Assembly: GCA_949285935.1 (NCBI GenBank)
Contig: CASEAH010000011.1
Span: 88,651-152,650 of the forward strand
DNA: 64,000 nt
Reading direction: 5' to 3'
DNA from: an uncultured Oscillospiraceae bacterium
GTDB taxonomy: Bacteria > Bacillota > Clostridia > Oscillospirales > Ruminococcaceae
Shown: in pieces, positions 40,243-50,897 of the stretch
How the letters are laid out: every line of letters starts with the position of its first letter
Position numbering within the stretch: the first letter of the stretch is position 1
The notes under the pieces: generated by a model
Told to the model about the DNA's origin: nothing
Seen by the model: the letters and a program-made list of their open reading frames with translations, nothing else
The model's database searches: none
Program-made: the position numbers and the translations under genes

Positions 40243-40557
40243 TCAGTTGGCGGCTACGTTGAGGATCTCCACCTTGGTGTAGAGCTGTCTGTGGCCCATC
40301 TTCCGCTGGGAGTCCTTCTTGGGACGGTAGGTGAGAATGCTGATCTTCTTGCCCTTGCCGGTCTTGAGCAGCTTGCCGGTAACGGAAGCGCCCTCCACGT
40401 AAGGAGCGCCAAAGGTCAGGGAGCCTTCCTCGCCCACAGCCAGAACCTTGTCAAAGGTGATCTGGGAATCGGCTTCGCCTTCCAGCTTTTCCACATAGAC
40501 GACGTCGCCGGCCTTGACGGTGTACTGTTTGCCGCCGGTCTCAATAATTGCGTACAT
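40243..40557 (-). CDS. rplU: 50S ribosomal protein L21
   Basis: MYAIIETGGKQY, GHRQLYT. Confidence 0.98.
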   Translation of the reverse strand: MYAIIETGGKQYTVKAGDVVYVEKLEGEADSQITFDKVLAVGEEGSLTFGAPYVEGASVTGKLLKTGKGKKISILTYRPKKDSQRKMGHRQLYTKVEILNVAAN

Positions 40558-40577
40558 GTTTGTTCCTCTTTCCATAC

Positions 40578-40655
40578 AAACTCGCTGTGAAAAACAGGCG
40601 GCACACCGGCAGCTTCCTGCAAAAGCGCGCACTTGGGCCCGTCACATGCGGCAAG
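40578..40655 (-). ncRNA. L21 ribosomal leader RNA
   Basis: 5'UTR between the promoter (TTGACA 40688-40683, TAAAAT 40665-40660) and rplU, beginning GCCGCA and ending GCGAGT as in Firmicute L21 leaders. Confidence 0.65.
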
Positions 40656-41164
40656 CAATATTTTAGCATATTTGTCACAGGTTGTCAACAACATGGGAAG
40701 GACTGCACTTTTCCCCTCCGGATGCAGGAACCCTATTATGGACCTCAGCTGAGCTATACCCCCAAATGCGTGAAAGAACATCGATTTAAGGTTTTGTGGG
40801 CGTATGTATCCGCTTCAATCAGGCTCTTAACCAAGCTGCACTCCTATATAAAAAGAGAGTCTCAGGATTTCTTGAGGGGCATACGGGCACTTTAACCGAG
40901 CTCCCAGCTGAGCTGCAGTTCCCTATGGCGGTATCAAGTTTTGTTTCGGGCCTCTGCTATGAGGCTGCCTCTCTCTTGTGCTGCCCCCATATAACCGAAA
41001 ACTATTGGATTTTACCGGGTTGCCGTCTATTAGCCCTTTGATGACTTTTCTTCTGCAAGCAGCAGGAAATCTGTTTACTTGCGCTGCCGGGTGGCAGAGG
41101 GGATAATCGCTCCTGTTCCCTCTCCATGCTCCATGCCGGGACACGCCCTGCCTGTTGGGCGGTT

Positions 41165-42004
41165 TCAGCCTCCCGCCGCCGTAATGGTGTTGCGCATCAG
41201 CATGGTAATGGTCATGGGGCCTACGCCGCCGGGTACGGGGGTGATCCAGCCCGCTTTGGGTTCCACCCCAGCAAAATCCACATCGCCGCACAGCTTGCCG
41301 TTTTCGTCCCGATCCATTCCCACATCAATGACCATAGCCCCGGGTTTGACCATCTCGGGCCCCACAAATTTTGCCTTGCCGATGGCCACAATCAGGATAT
41401 CTGCCCGCCGCGCTACCTGGGCCAGATCCCGGGTACGGCTGTGGCAGATGGTAACAGTGGCATTCTTATGCAGCATCAGCATGGCCATGGGCTTTCCCAC
41501 AATGTTGCTGCGTCCGATGACCACGCATTCCTTGCCGCTGATATCTTCACCGGTGCTGGCAATCAGTTCCATGATCCCTGCCGGGGTGCAGGGCAGAAAC
41601 CGGTAGTCGCCGATCATGATCCGGCCCACATTCTGAGGATGGAAGGCGTCCACATCCTTGTTGGGGTCGATAGCCTCAATAATTTTTTTCTCATCGATCT
41701 GCCTGGGCAAGGGCAGCTGCACCAGGATCCCATGGATATCCGGTTTGACGTTGAGACGTGCCACCAAAGCCAGCAGCTCTTCCTCCGTAGTGGTTCCGGG
41801 CAGGGCATATTCCTCCGAATACATTCCCAGTTCGGCGCAGGCCTTTTTCTTATTGTTGACATACACCCGGGAAGCAGGGTCGTCCCCTACGATCACTACT
41901 GCCAGGCCGGGAATGATCCCCCGTTCCCTGAGAGCAGCCACTTCCTCCTTCATCCGGGCACGGGCCGCCGCCGAAACCGCTTTTCCATCGATGATTTTTC
42001 CCAT
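41165..42004 (-). CDS. folD: Methylene-THF dehydrogenase/cyclohydrolase
   Basis: [47 protein letters not shown]. Confidence 0.97.
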   Translation of the reverse strand: MGKIIDGKAVSAAARARMKEEVAALRERGIIPGLAVVIVGDDPASRVYVNNKKKACAELGMYSEEYALPGTTTEEELLALVARLNVKPDIHGILVQLPLPRQIDEKKIIEAIDPNKDVDAFHPQNVGRIMIGDYRFLPCTPAGIMELIASTGEDISGKECVVIGRSNIVGKPMAMLMLHKNATVTICHSRTRDLAQVARRADILIVAIGKAKFVGPEMVKPGAMVIDVGMDRDENGKLCGDVDFAGVEPKAGWITPVPGGVGPMTITMLMRNTITAAGG

Positions 42005-42308
42005 GGTTCCATCCTCCTCGCCGTCATTGAGCTTTCTGTATTGTCACCTGCAGCCCTGCTTAGCCGCCGGTCTGCGGTGGATCTCCTGTGCAGAAAACTT
42101 TTCAAAACCGGTCTTTTCCCTTTTCTGAGCTTTCAGGGTCAGGCGGCTGCCTGTGGCAGTCGCGCCGGTTTCAGCTGCAAGTCGTCTGAGCTGTCTTTCA
42201 GACAGGGGCCTTGCCTATGGGCTTTGCTGGCTTTGGGGGCTGCAGTCTTTTACTGCCGCCGGCTTTTTCTGCGGGAAAGTGTCCCCGTCTCCGGCATCAT
42301 TCCGGTTT

Positions 42309-43625
42309 TTACTCTTTGGCGGAAGGTTTATTCTCCTCGTCTGTCTTTTTTTCCGCCGGAGTCCCTTCTTCCTGTGCCGTATCGCAGGTTGATTCCACCT
42401 CCTGTGCCGTCTCGGGTGCAGAAGTGCTGTCCTGCTCCGGAGGAACTTGTTCTGCCGGAGGCATAGCGTTTTCTTCTTCTGGAGACTTGGCTGTGTCGTC
42501 CTCAGCAGGCTCTTCTCTGCCGGTTATTTCCTCTTCCGCAGCAATTGGCTCTGCCTCAGAAGTCTCTCCCACAAGTTCCTCTGAGGACGCATCCAGGGAA
42601 TTCTCCTTTCCGGGATTCTCTTCCCCGGCTGCTTCCGTCGCAGGTTGCTCCGCCTGGGCCACCTCTCCGGTTTTCCGGCCTTTGCGGGATTTCTCTTCCC
42701 GGATTTCCTGCTCTACCCGCTGGATGCGCTGGATACTCTCCTCTGTTTGGGCATAAAGGGAGAGCCATCCCGGGCGGCTGTCCGACTTCAGTTTGGCGCG
42801 GCAGAAAAGCAGCAGAGCGGTAGACACAATAAACAGGATAATCCCCAGCATCTGGGATACCCGGAAGCTGCCCCACATCAGGCTGTCGGTACGCAAGCCC
42901 TCCACCATAGCACGGCAGAAGCCGTACCAGGCCATATACCACAGGGCCACCTGCCCGTCATATTTGCGCCGGGGAGCAATGAGAAAGGCCAGTACCAGGA
43001 ATCCTGCCAAATCCAGTACCGATTCATAAAAAAAGGTGGGGTGTACCGGCAGAGAGGGGTCCACCGTCACCCCCTGGGCAGCCAGAGTTGCCTGCATATT
43101 GGTCAGGTAGTTCTGGATGGTGCGGGAAGTCATCCCCCAGGGGAGGGTGGTATTGGTTCCAAAGGCCTCCATGTTGAAGAAATTACCCCACCGGCCGATA
43201 GACTGTGCCAGCAGCAGGCCCGGGAGCGCGGCATCCATCATGGGGCGCAGGGGCAGTTTTTTGATCCGGCAGACAATTCCTCCCACCAGAATGGCCCCGA
43301 TCACCCCGCCGTACATGGCGATCCCGCCCTCACGCACGGCAAAAATCTTCATCAGGTTATCCTTGTACATATCCCACTGGAAAGCCACAAAGTAAGCCCG
43401 GGCGCCGATGAGGCCGCCCACAATGGCCCACAAAATCACATCCAGCCCGTCGTAGGGATGTATGCCCGCCTTTTTGGCGCGCAGATGGAAGTAGCTGATC
43501 CCGGCCAGAAAGGCGACAGCAAACAGAATGCCATACCAGTAAACAGCAAAATCGCCAATGGAAAAAGCCACACGGTTCATGGTCAGTTCCCAGCCCAGGC
43601 CGGGGAAAGTCAAGGTGTCTGTCAT
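42309..43625 (-). CDS. lgt: Prolipoprotein diacylglyceryl transferase with long acidic C-terminal tail
   Basis: YWYG, IGARAYFV, GGIAMYGG, IGRWGNFFNMEAFG, HPTFFYES, EGLRTD. Confidence 0.95.
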   Translation of the reverse strand: MTDTLTFPGLGWELTMNRVAFSIGDFAVYWYGILFAVAFLAGISYFHLRAKKAGIHPYDGLDVILWAIVGGLIGARAYFVAFQWDMYKDNLMKIFAVREGGIAMYGGVIGAILVGGIVCRIKKLPLRPMMDAALPGLLLAQSIGRWGNFFNMEAFGTNTTLPWGMTSRTIQNYLTNMQATLAAQGVTVDPSLPVHPTFFYESVLDLAGFLVLAFLIAPRRKYDGQVALWYMAWYGFCRAMVEGLRTDSLMWGSFRVSQMLGIILFIVSTALLLFCRAKLKSDSRPGWLSLYAQTEESIQRIQRVEQEIREEKSRKGRKTGEVAQAEQPATEAAGEENPGKENSLDASSEELVGETSEAEPIAAEEEITGREEPAEDDTAKSPEEENAMPPAEQVPPEQDSTSAPETAQEVESTCDTAQEEGTPAEKKTDEENKPSAKE

Positions 43626-43694
43626 GGAATACGCTCCGTTTCTTTCACGATTGGTAGTATCACGGCGGCGCGGTCATGCGCCGGAAAAAACAGG

Positions 43695-44975
43695 TTATGC
43701 CACCGGGTCAATAATGGAAATGGCGCTGTACCGGGGGTCAAAATCTTCGGCCAGACGGCGTTCCAGATCCTGGATGCTCAGATCCCGGAGCACATCCAGC
43801 AGCTGATACAGGTGATCCAGCCCCGAGAAATGGCTGAGCACCAGCAGGCTTGCCACAGCGTCCACACGGCTGTACATACCGATGTACCGGCCATAGGAAG
43901 CTTTGCGGCAGCGGGCAAAGGCCTCGGGGTCGATCCCCTCCCGGCGCAGCCGGTCGGCTTCCTCGCACAGCTGGCGGTATACCTCCTGGGGATCCCGGCT
44001 CTCGCCGCCATACATACAGGTCATATAATCCCGTCCGCCCAGCACCTCATACTCAAAGGTGGAGTTGATGAGGCCGCTGTCATACAGGCGGCGGTACAGG
44101 GGGGAGGATTCGCCGCACAGGATCTCCATGAGCACTTCGTTCTGTACCTGATGGATCAGGTTTTCTTTTTCGGTACCAGGCAGGCCCTTGAAGCCGATCT
44201 GGAACTGGGGAGTGGAAACCGGCAGGCTGCGGCGGGTCAAATGGGTACATACTTCCCGGGGTTCCTCCACCACGGGACGCTGGATCTCCATCTCCTCCGC
44301 CCGGGGCAGGATGCGGTCCGCCAAATCAATAACGGTCTGGGCCTCAAAGTTTCCCGCCACCGCCAGCACCATGTTATGGAGGTTATAGAAAGTCCGGTAG
44401 CAGCGGTACAGAAGGTCGGCATCGATGCGGGCAATGGATTCCACCGTTCCCGCAATGTCCAGCTTCACGGGGTTGTTCTGGTACAGGGCTTCCAGCAGCC
44501 CCACCATCGCCCTCCAGTCAGGGCTGTCATCATACATGCGGATCTCCTGGCCAATGATCCCCTGCTCCTTGGCCACCGTTTCCGGAGTAAAATAGGGCTT
44601 GGACACAAAATCCAGCAGAATCTCCATAGACTGGGCAAAGTTGTCGGAGCAGCTGAACAGGTAGGCCGTCCGGTCAAAGGAGGTGAAGGCATTGGCGCTT
44701 GCGCCGGTTTTGGCATATTTGGCAAAGGCGTCGCCGTCCTCGCACTCAAACATTTTGTGTTCCAGGAAATGGGCAATCCCTGCGGGAACCGTGACAAAAT
44801 CCTCGTCCTGGGCGGTCTTGAAGGTGGTGTCAATGGAGCCTACCTTGGCCGCAAAAAGGGCGTAGGCGGTGGAAAATCCCTGCATAGGGCAAAGCAGGAT
44901 GGTCAGCCCTGAGGGATGCTGGATGGTGGTATAGCTTTGTCCCAGGATCTGGGAAGAAATAAGTTTATTACGCAT
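43695..44975 (-). CDS. ymfH: M16 peptidase, active-site subunit (YmfH-like)
   Basis: GIAHFLEHKMFE (HxxEH), NAFTSFDRT, KEQGIIGQEIRMYDD. Confidence 0.9.
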   Translation of the reverse strand: MRNKLISSQILGQSYTTIQHPSGLTILLCPMQGFSTAYALFAAKVGSIDTTFKTAQDEDFVTVPAGIAHFLEHKMFECEDGDAFAKYAKTGASANAFTSFDRTAYLFSCSDNFAQSMEILLDFVSKPYFTPETVAKEQGIIGQEIRMYDDSPDWRAMVGLLEALYQNNPVKLDIAGTVESIARIDADLLYRCYRTFYNLHNMVLAVAGNFEAQTVIDLADRILPRAEEMEIQRPVVEEPREVCTHLTRRSLPVSTPQFQIGFKGLPGTEKENLIHQVQNEVLMEILCGESSPLYRRLYDSGLINSTFEYEVLGGRDYMTCMYGGESRDPQEVYRQLCEEADRLRREGIDPEAFARCRKASYGRYIGMYSRVDAVASLLVLSHFSGLDHLYQLLDVLRDLSIQDLERRLAEDFDPRYSAISIIDPVA

Positions 44976-46263
44976 GGGCCTGCCCCTCCTTGCTGGTAAG
45001 GAAATAAACGGTATCCAGAGTGACACCGGCGGCTGCCTGTTCCACCTGGGCCCGGCTGATTTTTTCCACAGCCTCCAGGTCCTCCCGGGGAGACTCTGCT
45101 CTTCCCTTGAGGATCTGGGTCAGGTACCAGCTTTCGGTGGCGGCAAGGCTGTCCCCTACGGATTTGAGGGAGTTGGCAAAGGACAGCTTGGCGGAGGAGA
45201 GTTCCTCATCGCTGAATTTGCCTGCTGCAATGGCGGCCAGCTCGTCCAGGATCGCCTTCTGGGCCTGATCCCGGTTGGCCTGCTCCACCCCGATATCCAC
45301 GGTCAGGATCCCGGTGGCGGGATCAAAACGGGCGGCGCAGTAATAGCACAGGCTCAGCTTCTCCCGGACGTTGACAAACAACCGGGAAAAAGGCGTCCCG
45401 CCATACAGGGCAGTCATCAGCCGCAGGGCATCCTGGCGCTCCCGGGAGGAGACATCTCCGGGACGCATTCCCAGCACCAGCTTGGACTGGGCGATTTCCA
45501 TCCGCTCCTCCAGGGACTTGACTTCTTCCGCCCGTTCCACAATTGGCTGAGGCTCCAGGGCTGCCACGTGCCGGCACAGGCCGCCAAACCGGGTCCGGAA
45601 GGTTTCCCGGGCGCCGGCAGGGTCGCCGCAGCCGGTAAAGAGGATCTCTACCCGGGCGGTATCCAGCAGACGGCGGTAATGTTCCGCCGCCGAGGCGGGT
45701 GTCAGGGCACGGGCGTCCTCCACCGTTCCGTACTTGGATACGGCCAGGCGGGTCCCGGCACACATGGCGTCCCGGCACTTGCGCAGGGCATAGCCCCGTT
45801 TGTCATTGATCTCTGCCTCAATGGTATCGATGAGGTTCTGCTGCTCCAGCAGGAAATCCTCCTCCGGAAACGCGCCGTCCACCAGGTTGGGATCCAGCAC
45901 CATATCGGCCAGCAATCCGGCGGAGCGCCCGGAGATATCTTCCCCCTCCAGGGCAAAGCGGTCATCAATGGAGGTAATGGAGGCAGACAGGATCTGGTAC
46001 TCCCCATACCGGCCCACATCCGCCGAAAGGGAGGCGCCGTACAGGTCACAGAGGGTCTGCTCCAGCCGGGTAAAATCAGGGCAGGTGCGGGTCCCCTTGC
46101 GCAGCAGGGCGGGCACCAGGGCATAACCCGACGCCGTATCCCTGTCCAGGGGTACGATCAGGTTGACTGTAATGGTGTTATGCTTGAATTTGGGATCTCT
46201 GACGCTGGAAAAACACACTCCCGGAGCCAGCTCTTCCCGGATGAAGCTGTTGTTCATCGGCAT
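44968..46263 (-). CDS. ymfF: M16 peptidase, inactive subunit (YmfF-like)
   Basis: KFK, LRKGT..P, LYGA, SRLFVNVREKLSLCYY; no HxxEH. Confidence 0.88.
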   Translation of the reverse strand: MPMNNSFIREELAPGVCFSSVRDPKFKHNTITVNLIVPLDRDTASGYALVPALLRKGTRTCPDFTRLEQTLCDLYGASLSADVGRYGEYQILSASITSIDDRFALEGEDISGRSAGLLADMVLDPNLVDGAFPEEDFLLEQQNLIDTIEAEINDKRGYALRKCRDAMCAGTRLAVSKYGTVEDARALTPASAAEHYRRLLDTARVEILFTGCGDPAGARETFRTRFGGLCRHVAALEPQPIVERAEEVKSLEERMEIAQSKLVLGMRPGDVSSRERQDALRLMTALYGGTPFSRLFVNVREKLSLCYYCAARFDPATGILTVDIGVEQANRDQAQKAILDELAAIAAGKFSDEELSSAKLSFANSLKSVGDSLAATESWYLTQILKGRAESPREDLEAVEKISRAQVEQAAAGVTLDTVYFLTSKEGQAHA

Positions 46264-46454
46264 TTCGCTCCTATCCTTTTATAATACTTGTTTATTATAC
46301 CGCATCTCTCTCTTTTTTTCCATAACTACGCGCAAATCGAAACAGATTGTTCACAGGGGGGTTACAGCTTGCGGCCATCTTTTTCCTTGTCCCTCTTGCG
46401 GGGATTTTTCCCATCAGGTATAATAAAAACAACAAATTTTCTGGGGGGATTTTA

Positions 46455-46931
46455 TTGAAAAATAATCTGGCGGACCGGGCGCGGGAATGGCTTCCCGATT
46501 TTCTGTACCGGATGGCCCAGTTTCTGGAGATCCTGGTCAGCTGCATTCTGGTATTTGCCATTCTTATTTCCATCCGGGCGGTGTTTTTGGGGCTGAGCGG
46601 ACTCAATGCCGGCATCGGTGCCGGAAATGCCGACGCCTTTGGAGATTTTCTGGCGCTGGCTTTTAACGTGGTCATCGGCATCGAGTTTCTTAAAATGCTC
46701 TGCCGCCACAGCGTGCGTTCTGTAATGGAGGTGCTCCTGTTTGCCATTGCCCGTCAGATGGTAGTGGAGCACACCTCTCCCCTGGAAAACCTGATGATGG
46801 TGGGCGCTATCGCCATTCTTTTTCTTGTCCGCAAGTACCTGTTTATCCCCGAAGTGGACAGCCACCACTACCGCGCCGCCAAACTGGCAGAAAACCACGA
46901 GGAAGAAGACGCCTCTCTGCCTGTTCACTAA
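46455..46931 (+). CDS. PsiE-like small membrane protein
   Basis: 4 TM, VIGIEFLKML, EVLLFAIARQMVV; TTG start after GGGGG. Confidence 0.75.
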   Translation: MKNNLADRAREWLPDFLYRMAQFLEILVSCILVFAILISIRAVFLGLSGLNAGIGAGNADAFGDFLALAFNVVIGIEFLKMLCRHSVRSVMEVLLFAIARQMVVEHTSPLENLMMVGAIAILFLVRKYLFIPEVDSHHYRAAKLAENHEEEDASLPVH

Positions 46932-46948
46932 GGCCTTTGCGGCACAGC

Positions 46949-46978
46949 AAAAAAGGACCCGAATATCGGGTCCTTTTT
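46949..46978. terminator. Bidirectional terminator between the PsiE-like gene and potD
   Basis: AAAAAAGGACCCGA-ATA-TCGGGTCCTTTTT. Confidence 0.85.
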
Positions 46979-46985
46979 CTTTGGT

Positions 46986-48218
46986 TCAGATCTGATCCCG
47001 CTTTTTGCGCATACCCCGGATCACCGCCAGCACAATGATGGCGATCACGCAGGCAGCCAGCAGCATGGGCATCAGCAGGTTGCTGTATCCCTGATCGTCG
47101 GTCAGGATCTCAGTCCATTTTTCATCCATGGCCAGGGCCAGTTCGGAAGAAATATGGAGGAAAGGCTCACAGGTGGCCAGCACCTCGGCGCTGGGGTAGG
47201 ATACAGGGTCATTTTTGGTTTCTTCGGGCAGGAGCTCGTATACCGCGTCATTGGGGGTGGAGTAGCCGATATACTCGATATTGGCCAGACCCACTTCCGG
47301 CTCCAGCATGAAGTTGATATACATCTCCGCCAGCTCCTTATTCTTGGCGTCCTTGGGGATGCACATGGCGTCGGCAAAGATGTTGGAGCCCTCCCGGGGC
47401 AGGCTGAAGGCCAGGTCGGGATTGTCGTTCTTCATGGTCAGATAGTCGCCGGCGTAGTAGGGGGCCATGGCCGCCTCTCCGCCCGCCATCTTATCAAAGA
47501 TTTCGTCCATGACATAAGCCTGGACCACTTTTTTCTGTTCCTTCAGGTATTCGGTGGCTTCTTCCAGCTGCTCCATGCTCTCGGCGTTGATGGGGTATCC
47601 CAACGCCTTGAAGGCGATGCCGAAAGCGTCCTTGGAGTTTCCGAACATCAAGATCTTGTCGGCGTATTTCTCGCTCCACAGCACCTTCCAGGTCCCCATG
47701 TCCTCCTCAGGATCCACCATGGTGGTGTTGTAGATGATGCCCACCGTGCCCCAGGTATAGGGAACGGAATAGAGATTCTCGGGATCGTAGGCGGGATTGC
47801 AGTAGATCTCATTGATGTATTTGAAATTGGGGATGTTGTTGAAGTCCAGAGGCAGGAGCATATCTTCCTCGATCATCCGGGCGATCATATAGTCGGAGGG
47901 GATGATCACATCGTAGCTGGTGCCGCCGGTCTTCAGTTTGGCGTACAGAGATTCGTTGGTATCATAGGTGGAATAAACCACGTCAATGCCGGTAAGCTCT
48001 TCAAAAGCCTTGTTTACATCCAGGGAATCATCCTCCCCGTCGGAGATGTACTCTCCCCAGTTATAAACATTCAGGGTGAGGCCCTGGTCCTTGTATTGGG
48101 TGTAATAATCCAGGTCCATTCCCTCGGTATCTACTTCGGTATAGCCAAACGCAACGGTGGGCGCGGCCACCATGGTCACAATGAGCAGCAGGCAGACGAA
48201 AGCACAAAATCTTTTCAT
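46986..48218 (-). CDS. potD: Spermidine/putrescine ABC substrate-binding protein
   Basis: LNVYNWGEYI, DTNESLYAKL, YDVIIPSDYM, PYTWGTVGI, YYAGD. Confidence 0.92.
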   Translation of the reverse strand: MKRFCAFVCLLLIVTMVAAPTVAFGYTEVDTEGMDLDYYTQYKDQGLTLNVYNWGEYISDGEDDSLDVNKAFEELTGIDVVYSTYDTNESLYAKLKTGGTSYDVIIPSDYMIARMIEEDMLLPLDFNNIPNFKYINEIYCNPAYDPENLYSVPYTWGTVGIIYNTTMVDPEEDMGTWKVLWSEKYADKILMFGNSKDAFGIAFKALGYPINAESMEQLEEATEYLKEQKKVVQAYVMDEIFDKMAGGEAAMAPYYAGDYLTMKNDNPDLAFSLPREGSNIFADAMCIPKDAKNKELAEMYINFMLEPEVGLANIEYIGYSTPNDAVYELLPEETKNDPVSYPSAEVLATCEPFLHISSELALAMDEKWTEILTDDQGYSNLLMPMLLAACVIAIIVLAVIRGMRKKRDQI

Positions 48219-49036
48219 CTGAAGCTGCCACCTCCTTTCTGAATCTGTTTTTCATGTCGGATGCTTATGAAATTATAAATCAGCAGCACTGCCAGCACCA
48301 CCACAAAAACGATGGCGGACAGGGCGTTGATCTCAGGACTGATGCGCTTGCGCACCATGGCGCCGATGGTCACCGGCAGGGTGGCGGAACTGGCGCTGCT
48401 GACAAAATAGGAGATGATAAAGTCATCCACCGAATAGGTCAGCGCCATGATGAACCCGGCAAAGACGCCGGGAGCGATTTCCGGAATGATCACCTTGAGG
48501 AAAGCCTGGGTGGGGCTGCACCCCAGGTCCATGGCCGCCTCATAGATAAACTTGTCGATCTGCCGCAGCTTGGGCAGCACGTTGAGGATCACATAAGGGG
48601 TACAAAAAGTGACATGGGCGATAATCAGCGTTCCCAGCCCCAATTCCAGGGGAAGGTGCATCTTCTCGCTCATAAACACAAAGAGCAGCAGCAGGGACAC
48701 GCCCATAACGATTTCCGGGTTGGTGATGGGCATATAGGTGACATTCATGATGGCGGAGCGGAACCATTTGCGCTTCATGGAGTAGATCCCCAGAGCGGCG
48801 GCAGTCCCCAGAATCGTTGCCACCACGGACGCTACCAGCGCCACCACCATGGTGTTGTACAGGGAAGTAAGGATCAGCTCATTATGGAACAGTTCCCGGT
48901 ACCATTTGAGGGAAAAGCCGGCCCAGACCGCCCGGGATTTGGAGGCGTTGAAGCTGAAGAGGATGAGTACGGCAATGGGGACGTACAGGAAGATCATCAC
49001 CAGGCTCACATAGGTCTTGGCATACCACTTCTTCAT
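48215..49036 (-). CDS. potC: Spermidine/putrescine ABC permease
   Basis: FLYVPI..LILFSFN, GFSLKWY, EAAMDLG. Confidence 0.92.
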   Translation of the reverse strand: MKKWYAKTYVSLVMIFLYVPIAVLILFSFNASKSRAVWAGFSLKWYRELFHNELILTSLYNTMVVALVASVVATILGTAAALGIYSMKRKWFRSAIMNVTYMPITNPEIVMGVSLLLLFVFMSEKMHLPLELGLGTLIIAHVTFCTPYVILNVLPKLRQIDKFIYEAAMDLGCSPTQAFLKVIIPEIAPGVFAGFIMALTYSVDDFIISYFVSSASSATLPVTIGAMVRKRISPEINALSAIVFVVVLAVLLIYNFISIRHEKQIQKGGGSFR

Positions 49037-49848
49037 ATCATCATCCCCTCCTTCTCCTCGGAGTCCTCAAACTGGTTCAGGATGCTCATAAACAGCAGGA
49101 TGATGACCATCAGCACCAGGGAGATGGCGGCGCCCAAATTGGGGTTGTAGGCGTTGCCCAGGAACTGGGCGTCGATCAGGTCGCCGATCATCATATTGGA
49201 GCCGCCGCCCAGCATCCTGGAAATGATAAAGGTGGATACCGAAGGGACAAACACCATGGTGATACCGGTGGTGACGCCGGGCATGCTCAGAGGCAGGATG
49301 ACCCGGGCAAAAACCAGGAAGGGGTTGGCGCCCAGATCCTGAGCCGCCTCAATGACCGATCCGCTGATCTTGGTCATAATGGAGTACAGAGGCAGGATCA
49401 TGAAGGGCAGATAGTTATAGATCATACCGAGGACCACCGCCCCCTGGGTATTGATCATATTCAGCGGCTGGAAGCCCAGAGTGGTAAGGATGGTGTTCAG
49501 GATGCCATTGTGTTCCAGAATGGTCATCCAGGCGTAGGTGCGCAGCAGGAAATTGATCCACATGGGCAGCATAATGAGCATGGTAAGGGTGCGCTGGCCG
49601 CTGGGCAGACACCGGCTCATAATAAAGGCCAGAGGATAGCCCACCAGAAGGCAGATCACCGTGGCGATCACAGACAGCCAGATGGACCGCATGAATACCG
49701 CGGTATAGGTCGTTACCTTGGAGATATTGTCCAGGGTAAACTGGCCGCTGGAATCGGTAAAGGCAAAACCCACCACCAAAAACAGGGGAACCACCACAAA
49801 GATCACCGACCACACCACATAGGGGGCGGAAGCATAGCGGAACTTCAT
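49033..49848 (-). CDS. potB: Spermidine/putrescine ABC permease
   Basis: [32 protein letters not shown]. Confidence 0.92.
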   Translation of the reverse strand: MKFRYASAPYVVWSVIFVVVPLFLVVGFAFTDSSGQFTLDNISKVTTYTAVFMRSIWLSVIATVICLLVGYPLAFIMSRCLPSGQRTLTMLIMLPMWINFLLRTYAWMTILEHNGILNTILTTLGFQPLNMINTQGAVVLGMIYNYLPFMILPLYSIMTKISGSVIEAAQDLGANPFLVFARVILPLSMPGVTTGITMVFVPSVSTFIISRMLGGGSNMMIGDLIDAQFLGNAYNPNLGAAISLVLMVIILLFMSILNQFEDSEEKEGMMI

Positions 49849-50897
49849 GGCTCTTCCTCCATCCGGTGCATGATGTGGATATCTTCCGGTGTAACGGACA
49901 TGCCGATGAGGGTCCCGGGTTCCACATACTGGGTGTTGTGGATCATCCACCGGTAGCCCAGAGTCTCCACCATGATCTCATAGTGGACGCCCTTGAAGAT
50001 CACCGACTCCACTACGCCGGTGATCTTGGCTCCCTCGGGAGACACGATCTTCAGGTCCTCGGGGCGGATCACCACCTGCACCCGCTCCATGGGGGTAAAG
50101 CCCTTATCCACGCACTCAAAGAAATCGTTGGCAAACTCCACCTGGAAATCCTTGTGCATGATTCCATCAATGATATTGCTCTCGCCGATGAAATCGGCCA
50201 CAAAGGCGTTGGTGGGCTCGTTGTAGATGTCCTGAGGAGTGCCGATCTGGAGGATGTTGCCGTCCTTCATTACCACCACCCGGTCGGACATGGTGAGGGC
50301 TTCCTCCTGGTCGTGGGTGACATAGATGAAGGTGATCTCCAGGCTCTGCTGGATCCTCTTCAGCTCCACCTGCATATCCTTGCGGAGCTTCAGGTCCAGG
50401 GCTCCCAGAGGCTCGTCCAGCAGAAGCACCTTGGGCTGGTTGACAATGGCCCGGGCAATGGCCACCCGCTGCTGCTGGCCGCCGGAAAGCTGGTGGATCC
50501 CCCGGCGCTCATAGCCCTTGAGGTTGACCAGTTCCAATGCTTCCATGACCCGCTGGCGGCGCTCCCTCTCGGGCAGCTTGCTGATTTTCAGCCCAAACTC
50601 AATGTTCTCATACACATTCAGATGGGGGAACAAGGCATACCGCTGGAAAACGGTATTGACATGTCTTTTATGAGGGGGCAGGCCATTGATCCGCTTTCCC
50701 TCAAAAAAAACATCACCCTCGCAGGGGTCCACAAATCCGCCGATGATCCTCAGCGTTGTGGTCTTTCCGCATCCGGAAGGCCCCAGGAAAGTGATAAATT
50801 CCTTGTCCATGATGTCCAGATTGATGCTTTTGAGAACCCGCTCGTCGTCAAAGTCGACAGAGATGTTTCTCAGGCTGATGATGGCATTCTCGCTCAT
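49845..50897 (-). CDS. potA: Spermidine/putrescine ABC ATPase
   Basis: [41 protein letters not shown]. Confidence 0.95.
   Translation of the reverse strand: MSENAIISLRNISVDFDDERVLKSINLDIMDKEFITFLGPSGCGKTTTLRIIGGFVDPCEGDVFFEGKRINGLPPHKRHVNTVFQRYALFPHLNVYENIEFGLKISKLPERERRQRVMEALELVNLKGYERRGIHQLSGGQQQRVAIARAIVNQPKVLLLDEPLGALDLKLRKDMQVELKRIQQSLEITFIYVTHDQEEALTMSDRVVVMKDGNILQIGTPQDIYNEPTNAFVADFIGESNIIDGIMHKDFQVEFANDFFECVDKGFTPMERVQVVIRPEDLKIVSPEGAKITGVVESVIFKGVHYEIMVETLGYRWMIHNTQYVEPGTLIGMSVTPEDIHIMHRMEEEP

Noticed and set aside
42120-42200. CGCGACTG..CGCCTG upstream of folD, suggesting a ZTP riboswitch
   Set aside because: Lacks the GACUGGCG/CGCCUGGG pseudoknot pairing and spacing
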